Shown here: positions 52,901-64,000 of the stretch, in pieces
How the letters are laid out: each line of letters starts with the position of its first letter
Position numbering within the stretch: the stretch's first letter is position 1
Assembly (NCBI RefSeq): GCF_964355755.1
Contig: NC_092675.1
Location: forward strand, 14,232,912 to 14,296,911
Direction: 5' to 3'
DNA length: 64,000 bases
DNA from: Antedon mediterranea
Taxonomy: Eukaryota > Animalia > Echinodermata
The notes under the pieces: model-generated
What the model saw: the letters and a program-made list of their open reading frames with translations, nothing else
The model's database searches: none
What the model was told of the DNA's origin: nothing
Position numbers and translations under genes: made by a program

Positions 52901-55900
52901 CAAAGTGCTTAGAATCACATTATAAACCGTTTTAGACCATTTTGAGCATTTCGATAACAATTTTCACACAAAAACATCAAAGAGCACAAAATAGCTTAAT
53001 ATCGTATTTAAAAATGTTTTAGACCATTTTGAGCATTTAGATAAAACTTTTTCACACAAAACACCAAAGTGCTTAGAATAGCTTCAAATCGCATTTGGAG
53101 ACGTTTTAGACCATTTTGTGATTTTTGAAAAAACTTGTAAACATAAAAACACCAAAGTGCTTAGAATAGCTTCAAATCACATTTGGAGACGTTTTAGACC
53201 ATTTTGTGATTTTCGAAAAAACTTGTTAACATAAAAACACGAAAGTGCTTAGAATAGCTTCAAATCGCATTTGGAAACGTTTTAGACCATTTTGTGATTT
53301 TCGAAAAAACTTGTTAACATAAAAACACGAAAGTGCTTAGAATAGCTTCAAATCGCATTTGGAAACGTTTTAGACCATTTTGTGATTTTCGAAAAAAATT
53401 GTTAACATAAAAACACGAAAGTGCTTAGAATCACATTATAAACCGTTTTAGACCATTTTGAGCATTTCGATAACAATTTTCACACAAAAACATCAAAGAG
53501 CACAAAATAGCTTAATATCGTATTTAAAAATGTTTTAGACCATTTTGAGCATTTAGATAAAACTTTTTCACACAAAACACCAAAGTGCTTAGAATAGCTT
53601 CAAATCGCATTTGGAGACGTTTTAGACCATTTTGTGATTTTTGAAAAAACTTGTTAACATAAAAACACCAATGTGCTTAGAATAGCTTCAAATCACATTT
53701 GGAGACGTTTTAGACCATTTTGTGATTTTCGAAAAAACTTGTTAACATAAAAACACGAAAGTGCTTAGAATAGCTTCAAATCACATTTGGAGACGTTTTA
53801 GACCATTTTGTGATTTTTGAAAAAACTTGTTAACATAAAAACACGAAAGTGCTTAGAATAGCTTCAAATCGCATTTGGAAACGTTTTAGACCATTTTGTG
53901 ATTTTCGAAAAAACTTGTTAACATAAAAACACGAAAGTGCTTAGAATAGCTTCAAATCGCATTTGGAAACGTTTTAGACCATTTTGTGATTTTCGAAAAA
54001 AATTGTTAACATAAAAACACCAAAGTGCTTAGAATCACATTATAAACCGTTTTAGACCATTTTGAGCATTTCGATAACAATTTTCACACAAAAACATCAA
54101 AGAGCACAAAATAGCTTAATATCGTATTTAAAAATGTTTTAGACCATTTTGAGCATTTAGATAAAACTTTTTCACACAAAACACCAAAGTGCTTAGAATA
54201 GCTTCAAATCGCATTTGGAGACGTTTTAGACCATTTTGTGATTTTTGAAAAAACTTGTTAACATAAAAACACCAATGTGCTTAGAATAGCTTCAAATCAC
54301 ATTTGGAGACGTTTTAGACCATTTTGTGATTTTCGAAAAAGATTGTTAACATAAAAACACCAAAGTGCTTAGAATCACATTATAAACCGTTTTAGACCAT
54401 TTTGAGCATTTCGATAACAATTTTCACACAAAAACATCAAAGAGCACAAAATAGCTTAATATCGTATTTAAAAATGTTTTAGACCATTTTGAGCATTTAG
54501 ATAAAACTTGTTCACACAAAACACCTAAGTGCTTAGAATAGCTTCAAATCGCATTTGGAGACGGTTTAGACCATTTTGTGATTTTGAAAAAACTTGTTAA
54601 CATAAAAACACCAAAGTGCTTAGAATAGCTTCAAATCGCATTTGGAGACGTTTTAGACCATTTTGTGATTTTCGAAAAAACTTGTTGACATAAAAACACC
54701 AAAGTGCTTAGAATAGCTTCAAATCACATTTGGAGACGTTTTAGACCATTTTGTGATTTTTGAAAAAACTTGTTAACATAAAAACACGAAAGTGCTTAGA
54801 ATAGCTTCAAATCGCATTTGGGTACGTTTTAGACCATTTTGTGATTTTCGAAAAAGATTGTTAACATAAAAACACCAAAGTGCTTAGAATCACATTATAA
54901 ACGGTTTTAGACCATTTTGTGATTTTCGAAAAAACCTTTTAACATAAAAACACCAAAGTGCTTAGAATAGCTTCAAATCACATTTGGAGACGTTTTAGAC
55001 CATTTTGTGATTTTCGAAAAAACTTGTTAACATAAAAACACGAAAGTGCTTAGAATAGCTTCAAATCGCATTTGGAAACGTTTTAGACCATTTTGTGATT
55101 TTCGAAAAAAATTGTTAACATAAAAACACCAAAGTGCTTAGAATCACATTATAAACCGTTTTAGACCATTTTGAGCATTTCGATAACAATTTTCACACAA
55201 AAACATCAAAGAGCACAAAATAGCTTAATATCGTATTTAAAAATGTTTTAGACCATTTTGAGCATTTATATAAAACTTTTTCACACAAAACACCAAAGTG
55301 CTTAGAATAGCTTCAAATCGCATTTGGAGACGTTTTAGACCATTTTGTGATTTTTGAAAAAACTTGTTAACATAAAAACACCAAAGTGCTTAGAATAGCT
55401 TCATATCACATTTGGAGACGTTTTAGACCATTTTGTGATTTTCGAAAAAACTTGTTAACATAAAAACACGAAAGTGCTTAGAATAGCTTCAAATCGCATT
55501 TGGAAACGTTTTAGACCATTTTGTGATTTTCGAAAAAACTTGTTAACATAAAAATACGAAAGTGCTTAGAATAGCTTCAAATCGCATTTGGAAACGTTTT
55601 AGACCATTTTGTGATTTTCGAAAAAAATTGTTAACATAAAAACACCAAAGTGCTTAGAATCACATTATAAACCGTTTTAGACCATTTTGAGCATTTCGAT
55701 AACACTTTTCACACAAAAACATCAAAGAGCATAAAATAGCTTAATATCGTATTTAAAAACGTTTTAGACCATTTTGAGCATTTAGACAAAACTTGTTCAC
55801 ACAAAAAACCAAAGTGCTTAGAATAGCTTCAAATCGCATTTGGAGACGTTTTAGACCATTTTGTGATTTTCGAAAAAACTTGTTAATATAAAAACACCAA

Positions 55901-58900
55901 AGTGCTTAGAATAGCTTCAAATCGCATTTGGAGACGTTTTAGACCATTTTGTGATTTTCGAAAAAACTTGTTAACATAAAAACACGAAAGTGCTTAGAAT
56001 AGCTTCAAATCGCATTTGGAAACGTTTTAGACCATTTTGTGATTTTCGAAAAAACTTGTTAACATAAAAACACAAAAGTGCTTAGAATAGCTTCAAATCG
56101 CATTTGGAAACGTTTTAGACCATTTTGTAATTTTCGAAAAAAATTGTTAACATAAAAACACCAAAGTGCTTAGAATCACATTATAAACCGTTTTAGACCA
56201 TTTTGAGCATTTCGATAACACTTTTCACACAAAAACATCAAAGAGCACAAAATAGCTTAATATCGTATTTAAAAACGTTTTAGACCATTTTGAGCATTTA
56301 GACAAAACTTGTTCACACAAAAAACCAAAGTGCTTAGAATAGCTTCAAATCGCATTTGGAGACGTTTTAGACCATTTTGTGATTTTCGAAAAAACTTGTT
56401 AACATAAAAACACCAAAGTGCTTAGAATAGCTTCAAATCGCATTTGGAGACGTTTTAGACCATTTTGTGATTTTCGAAAAAACTTGTTAACATAACAAAC
56501 CAAAGTTCTTAGAATAGCTTCAAATCGCATTTGGAGACGTTTTAGACCATTTTGTGATTTTCGAAAAAACTTGTTAACATAAATATACCAAAGTGCTTAG
56601 AATAGCGTCAAATCGTATTTGGAGACGTTTTAGACCATTTTGTGATTTTCGAAAAAACTTGTTAACATAAAAACACCAAAGTGCTTAGAATAGCTTCAAA
56701 TAGCATTTGGAGACGTTTTACACCATTTTGTGATTTTCGAAAAAAATTGTTAACATAAAAACACCAAAGTGCTTAGAATCACATTATAAACCGTTTTAGA
56801 CATTTTTGAGCATTTCCATAACAATTTTCACACAACAACATCAAAGAGCACAAAATAGCTTAATATCGTATTTAAAAATGTTTTAGACCATTTTGAGCAT
56901 TTAGACAAAACTTTTTCACACAAAACACCAAAGTGCTTAGTATAGCTTCAAATCGCATTTGGAGACGTTTTAGACCATTTTGTGATTTTCGAAAAAACTT
57001 GTTAAACATAAAAACACCAAAGTGCTTAGAATAGCTTCAAATCGCATTTGGAGACGTTTTAGACCATTTTGTGATTTTTGAAAAAACTTGTTAACATAAA
57101 AACACCAAAGTGCTTAGAATAGCTTCAAATCGTATTTGGAGACATTTTAGACCAATTTGTGATTTTCGAAAAAACTTGTCAACATAAAAACACCAATGTG
57201 CTTAGAATAGCTTCAAATCACATTTGGAGACGTTTTAGACCATTTTGTGATTTTCGAAAAAACTTGTTAACATAAAAACACGAAAGTGCTTAGAATAGCT
57301 TCAAATCACATTTGGAGACGTTCTAGACCATTTTGTGATTTTTGAAAAAACTTGTTAACATAAAAACACGAAAGTGCTTAGAATAGCTTCAAATCGCATT
57401 TGGAAACGTTTTAGACCATTTTGAGCATTTCGATAACACTTTTCACACAAAATCATCAAAGAGCACAAAATAGCTTAATATCGTATTTAAAAACGTTTTA
57501 GACCATTTTGAGCATTTAGACAAAACTTTTTCACACAAAACACCAAAGTGTTTAGAATAGCTTAAAATCGCATTTGGAGACGTTTTAGACCATTTTGTGC
57601 ATTTCGATAACACTTTTCACACAAAATCATCAAAGAGCACAAAATAGCTTAATATCGTATTTAAAAACGTTTTAGACCATTTTGAGCATTTAGACAAAAC
57701 TTTTTCACACAAAACACCAAAGTTCTTAGAATAGCTTCAAATCGCATTTGAAGACGTTTTAGACCATTTTGTGATTTTCGAAAAAACTTGTTAACATAAA
57801 AACACCAAAGTGCTTAGAATAGCTTCAAATCGTATTTGGAGACGTTTTAGACCATTTTGAGATTTTCGAAAAAACTTGGTTACACAAAAACATCAAAGTG
57901 CTTAAAATCACATTATAATCCGTTTTAGACCATTTTGAGCATTTCGATAACACTTTTCACACAAAATCATCAAAGAGCACAAAATAGCTTAATATCGTAT
58001 TTAAAAACGTTTTAGACCATTTTGAGCATTTAGACAAAACTTTTTCACACAAAACACCAAAGTGTTTAGAATAGCTTAAAATCGCATTTGGAGACGTTTT
58101 AGACCATTTTGTGATTTTCGAAAAAAATTGTTAACATAAAAACACCAAAGTGCTTAGAATAGCTTCAAATCGCATTTGGAGACGTTTTAGACCATTTTGT
58201 GCATTTCGACGAAACTTGGTTACACAAAAACATCAAAGTGCTTAAAATCACATTATAAATCGTTTTAGACCATTTTGAGCATTTCGACAAAACTTTTTCA
58301 CACAAAACACCAAAGTGCTTAGAATAGCTTCAAATCGCATTTGGAGACGTTTTAGACCATTTTGGGATTTTCGAAAAAACTTGTTAACATAAAAACACCA
58401 AAGTGCTTAGAATAGCTTCAAATCGCATTTGGAGACGTTTTAGACCATTTTGTGATTTTCGAAAAAACTTGTTAACATAAAAACACCAAAGTGCTTAGAA
58501 TAGCTTCAAATCGTATTTGGAGACGTTTTAGACCATTTTGTGATTTTCGAAAAAACTTAACATAAAAACACCAAAGTGCTTAGAATAGCTTCAAATCGCA
58601 TTTGGAGACGTTTTAGACCATTTTGAGCATTTCGATAACACTTTTCACACAAAAACATCAAAGAGCACAAAATAGCTTAATATCGTATTTAAAAACGTTT
58701 TAGACCATTTTGAGTATTTCGACAAAACTTTTTCACACAAAACACCAAAGTGCTTAGAATAGCTTCAAATCGCATTTGGAGACGTTTTAGACCAATTTGT
58801 GCATTTCGATGAAACTTGGTTACACAAAAACATCAAAGTGCTTAAAATCACATTATAAACCGTTTTAGACCATTTTGAACATTTCGATAACACTTTTCAC

Positions 58901-61838
58901 ACAAAAACATCAAAGAGCACAAAATAGTTTTATATCGTATTTAAAATCGTTTTAGACTATTTTGAGCATTTAGACAAAACTTTTTCACACAAAACACCAA
59001 AGTGCTTAGAATAGCTTCAAATCGCATTTGGAGACGTTTTAGACCATTTTGTGATTTTCGAAAAAACTTGTTAACATAAAAACACCAAAGTGCTTAGAAT
59101 AGCTTCAAATCGCATTTGGAGACGTTTTAGACCATTTTGTGACTTTCGAAAAAACTTGTTAACATAAAAACACCAAAGTTCTTAGAATAGCTTCAATTCG
59201 CATTTGGAGACGTTTTAGACCATTTTGTGATTTTCGAAAAAACTTGTTAACATAAAAACTCCAAAGTGCTTAGAATAGCTTCAAATAGCATTTGGAGACG
59301 TTTTAGACCATTTTGTGATTTTCGAAAAAACTTGTTAACATAAAAACACCAAAGTGCTTAGAATAGCTTCAAATCGCATTTGGAGACGTTTTAGACCATT
59401 TCGTGATTTTCGAAAAAAATTGTTAACATAAAAACACCAAAGTGCTTAGAATCACATTATAAACCGTTTTAGACCATTTTGAGCATTTCGATAACAATTT
59501 TCACACAAAAACATCAAAGAGCTCAAAATAGCTTAATATCGTATTTAAAAATGTTTTAGACCATTTTGAGCATTTAGACAAAACTTTTTCACACAAAACA
59601 CCAAAGTGCTTAGAATAGCTTCAAATCGCATTTGGAGACGTTTTAGACCATTTTGTGATTTTCGAAAAAACTTGTTAACATAAAAACACCAAAGTGCTTA
59701 GAATAGCTTCAAATCGCATTTGGAGACGTTTTAGACCATTTTGTGATTTTCGAAAAAAATTGTTAACATAAAAACACCAAAGTGCTTAGAATCACATTAT
59801 AAACCGTTTTAGACCATTTTGAGCATTTCGATAACAATTTTCACAAAAAAACATCAAAGAGCACAAAATAGCTTAATATCGTATTTAAAAATATTTTAGA
59901 CCATTTAGACAAAACTTTTTCACACAAAACACCAAAGTGCTTAGAATAGCTTCAAATCGCATTTGGAGACGTTTTAGACCATTTTGTGATTTTCGAAAAA
60001 ACTTGGTAACATAAAAACACCAAAGGGCTTAGAATAGCTTCAAATCGCATTTGGAGACGTTTTAGACCATTTTGTGATTTTCGAAAAAACTTGTTAACAT
60101 AAAAACACCAAAGTGCTTAGAATAGAGCACAAAATAGCTTAATATCGTATTTCATTTTGAGCATTTAGACAAAACTTTTTCACACAAAACACCAAAGTGC
60201 TTAGAATAGCTTCAAATCGCATTTGGAGACGTTTTAGAACATTTTGTGTTTTTCGAAAAAACCTGTTAACATAAAAACACCAAAGTGCTTAGAATAGCTT
60301 CAAATCGCATTTGGAGACGATTTAGACCATTTCGTGATTTTCGAAAAAAATTGTTAACATAAAAACACCAAAGTGCTTAGAATCACATTATAAACCGTTT
60401 TAGACCATTTTGAGCATTTCGATAACAATTTTCACACAAAAACATCAAAGAGCTCAAAATAGCTTAATATCGTATTTAAAAATGTTTTAGACCATTTTGA
60501 GCATTTAGACAAAACTTTTTCACACAAAACACCAAAGTGCTTAGAATAGCTTCAAATCGCATTTGGAGACGTTTTAGACCATTTTGTGATTTTCGAAAAA
60601 ACTTGTTAATATAAAAACACCAAAGTGCTTAGAATAGCTTCAAATCGCATTTGGAGACGTTTTAGACCATTTTGTGATTTTCGAAAAAAATTGTTAACAT
60701 AAAAACACCAAAGTGCTTAGAATCACATTATAAACCGTTTTAGACCATTTTGAGCATTTCGATAACAATTTTCACACAAAAACATCAAAGAGCACAAAAT
60801 AGCTTAATATCGTATTTAAAAATATTTTAGACCATTTAGACAAAACTTATTAACATAAAAATACCAAAGTGTTTAGAATAGCTTAAAATCGCATTTGGAG
60901 ACGTTTTAGACCATTTTGTGATTTTCGAAAAAACTTGTTTTCACATAAAAACACCAAAGTGCTTAGAATAGCTTCAAATCGCATTTGGAGACGTTTTGAC
61001 CATTTTGTGATTTTCGAAAAAACTTGTTAACATAAAAACACTAAAGTGCTTAGAATAGCTTCAAATCGCATTTGGAGACGTTTTAGACCGTTTTGTGCAT
61101 TTCGATGAAACTTGGTAACACAAAAACATCAAAGTGCTTAAAATCACATTATAAATCATTTTAGACCATTTTGAGCATTTAGACAAAACTTTTTCACACA
61201 AAACACCAAAGTGCTTAGAATAGCTTCAAATCGCATTTGGAGACGTTTTAGAACATTTTGTGTTTTTCGAAAAAACCTGTTAACATAAAAACACCAAAGT
61301 GCTTAGAATCACATTATAAACCGTTTTAGACCATTTTGAGCATTTCGATAACAATTTTCACACAAAAACATCAAAGAGCACAAAATAGCTTAATATCGTA
61401 TTTCATTTTGAGCATTTAGACAAAACTTTTTCACACAAAACACCAAAGTGCTTAGAATAGCTTCAAATCGCATTTGGAGACGTTTTAGAACATTTTGTGT
61501 TTTTCGAAAAAACCTGTTAACATAAAAACACCAAAGTGCTTAGAATAGCTTCAAATCGCATTTGGAGACGATTTAGACCATTTTTGTGATTTTCGAAAAA
61601 ACTTGTTAACATAAAAACACCAAAGTGCTTAGAATAGCTTCAAATCGCATTTGGAGACGTTTTAGACCATTTTGTGATTTTCGAAAAAAATTGTTAACAT
61701 AAAAACACCAAAGTGCTTAGAATCACATTATAAACCGTTTTAGACCATTTTGAGCATTTCGATAACAATTTTCACACAAAAACATCAAAGAGCACAAAAT
61801 AGCTTAATATCGTATTTAGAAATGTTTTAGACCATTTT
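37943..61838. repeat. Satellite array (block 4)
   Basis: Same monomer family and orientation, with more point variants and truncated monomers after about 56 kb. Confidence 0.99.
47950..55731. repeat. 3854-bp near-identical tandem block duplication within the satellite
   Basis: Rare variants recur exactly 3854 bp apart: TGTGTATTTCG (48158/52012), CAAATTATAA (48721/52575), GGGTACG (50969/54823), TTCATATCAC (51550/55404), AAATACGAA (51701/55555). Confidence 0.92.
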
Positions 61839-61979
61839 CACAGCTGTTTCAAACATACGAATTAAGTCATGCGCCCTCAACGTTACAAGTCGTATCGCTG
61901 GAGTAACAATACATAAACAATTACTTACAAATCCACGTGTGCAGAGTGGAGTCAAACGTCATTTAAAGACATGTTTTAA

Positions 61980-62143
61980 ACAGCCAATGAGAATGAGATA
62001 AAAAAATAAAGGGTCGCTAAAAATATGAATATTCATTAAAGAGTCCCTGGATGAAACAAGCATGTTGTCGTTTTCAGTCGGGCAGCAAAGTGGTTGACCT
62101 CGCGAATTTTTACCAAATCAAAATTTGAATTGCCGCCATCTTG
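61980..62143 (+). promoter_or_regulatory. Putative inward-facing promoter module of element 4
   Basis: AGCCAATGAG (CCAAT at 61984-61988), ATGAATATTCAT at 62025-62036, and YY1-consensus GCCGCCATCTTG at 62132-62143. Confidence 0.55.
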
Positions 62144-62613
62144 GAATCGCGATAAAGCAAGTAGTGCGGAATTACAAAATGCAGCAAAAACATTTTCAAT
62201 AACATTTAAATAGCATATTCATACAATTAAATTTATATTAATAAAATTCAACTAAGGAGTTTACGAAAGATAGGCTACTTTAGAAATACTGCCGAGATCG
62301 GTTCCCCCACACGGCGTAGGGTACCGCAGTGCTAAGGGGCCTAGGTAGGAAAAAATCTGATTTTACCTGTTAAACATGCTTGAACCAAGGCCATTTTAAT
62401 ATATATTATCCAGATTATATATCAAAACAAACTGATAAAAGGATTTGTTGATTTGCTTCTGATGAGAAAAGTGCCGGATTCATTTCGCTGACGGCGAATG
62501 AATACACGAATTTTCGCCATTTTCTAGCACTAGCCTTGGGTACCCAGACAGCTGATAACGATTATATTCGATTGTCCAGACGTCTCTGCTACTGGTGCTC
62601 AATACTACAGTAT

Positions 62614-62647
62614 GTATTACCATGGACCTATAGGTCCATGGTATTAC
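62614..62647. repeat. 20-bp perfect palindrome flanked by a 7-bp direct repeat (probable transposon excision footprint)
   Basis: GTATTAC | CATGGACCTATAGGTCCATG | GTATTAC. Confidence 0.75.
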
Positions 62648-63943
62648 TGTACATATAGTACTGTATGTTTAGTTTTTGCTTTCTTTATGGAAAAATAAAT
62701 ATTTAATTTTTATTATTGCTTATTTTCCTTTAACTTTATCCAAGAAGAAGTACATATTATATATATGCATATTACAGTCAAGTTGCAACTGCCACGAATC
62801 CACTCCACTTTGGTTACTAACTAAATAATTAATAGTATAACATCATAACTAACAAACAAATTAACAAGTTAATAAATTAACCACCATTAAATAATTTTAT
62901 TTACACAAAAGTATTTTACATACAGTATAACATGTAATATCTTGTTTACATCGAAGTAAAATATGCCTATCAAACTATCTTGCTCAGGCTAAAATATCAA
63001 GTTATATATGTCAATATTTGAGTTAAATCATCGCGATAATAAAAATGTTTATTTTTTTTTTATTTTTAAAGACATCTGTTACGTACATCAATTTACAAAT
63101 ATCAAAATAGGATTGTTTTTGCAGCACAAGATGAATCACAAGTCGGATAGTTTATTCTTAGAAACCTGAAAGAAAAAAAAACCAATAATGAGCTATTCAT
63201 AGTTAAATAATTTTAATGTCAACTTTAGTCATCCTAAATTTTGTCGCCATGATCACTACTATACTGTATATATAAATATCATACTATGTACGACCATCCA
63301 AATTACCTAATCCTACCTACAGTCCTTCCTAGCCTAGGCTACATTATTGTCATTATATATTTACAAACCTCCAACATCCACAACATATTTTCTTTTCTTT
63401 GGCAAAGAATTTCCCGTAATATAGTCCTAAATTAATTAAATAAATTAAAAGGTCAAGGCCTAGGACTTTCTTTAAATATCCGACGATATATATCCATAAT
63501 TCAGTGGATATAGATTCAACATTTTAAACATAATATGGCTTCACATTGATTATAATAAGTCGGCGATATGCCACTAAAAACTAGCCTGCGGCCCTCTCTC
63601 TATCCCTCTACAAATAACACTGGGTTTCTGTCAAATGGGCTAGGCCTAGCCTAGGCCTAGATAATACAACAAGTTGGGTACATTTTTTTACAACCAAATA
63701 ATCTACAATTATATTGCAATATTTACCAAACTAGCACCAAATCTAAAATAATAAAGCTACTAATAACATATTTTGGTATATTAACTGGTTTAAAAACGGA
63801 TTGCACATAGTGATTTTGAAGGATTGAAATTACTCAACCACACGGCCTGTACTAAACATACGAATCCAAGATGGAGTCTGCTTAGAATATATCCCCAGCT
63901 TTGAACGGATATTGAATCCGTCCCACAAGCTGAACCAAGCTTA

Positions 63944-64000
63944 GGCCCTGTTCAGACCCATGGCGTTAGACCGTTTTAGCGTACGACGCTAAAAGAATGT
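63944..64000. mobile_element. Possible start of a PIF/Harbinger-type MITE (truncated by the window)
   Basis: TTA followed by GGCCCTGTTCAGAC resembles a TWA target plus a Harbinger terminus. The other end is not visible. Confidence 0.3.

Larger units (their letters stand above)
61839..64000 (-). mobile_element. Chapaev-like DNA transposon, runs off the window end (element 4)
   Basis: Begins CACAGCTGTTTCAAACATACGAATTAAGTCATGCGCCCTCAACGTT, which aligns without gaps to the reverse complement of the right end of element 1 (CACAGCTGTTCCAGAAATATGAATTAAGTGCAGCGCCCCCAACGTT). The other end and the TSD are not visible. Confidence 0.8.

Noticed and set aside
1-61838. CRISPR array
   Set aside because: The repeats are contiguous monomers with no unique spacers, there are no cas genes, and the context is eukaryotic with spliceosomal introns.

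Overview
Eukaryotic, AT-rich sequence, probably from an invertebrate. About 53 kb of the window is a head-to-tail satellite array with a basic monomer of about 88 bp. Variant monomers of 78 and 87 bp occur in an ordered cassette, and there are recent 0.9-3.9 kb tandem block duplications, so the array looks centromeric or pericentromeric. Four DNA-transposon insertions interrupt it. Three (6677-10394, 35186-37942 and 61839 to the window end) are related elements with CAC...GTG termini and 13-bp terminal repeats; the two complete copies have 4-bp target duplications, which fits Chapaev-type transposons (relatives of Transib/RAG1). The first carries a decayed, intron-split transposase (CxxC, GP...RQQYHGKSFVGNH) that the ORF track misses. 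Both complete elements have bipartite asymmetric ends whose inner block is offset by one helical turn (10-11 bp), reminiscent of the 12/23 RSS rule. All three keep a CCAAT plus ATGAATATTCAT module about 180-186 bp inside the end that lies downstream of the transposase, facing back towards it, which suggests a second convergent transcription unit. The fourth insertion (17979-19951) is a Sola1-like non-autonomous element with a nested 339-bp MITE. No intact gene, RNA gene or CRISPR array is supported. All family assignments come from visual motif recognition, not database searches.
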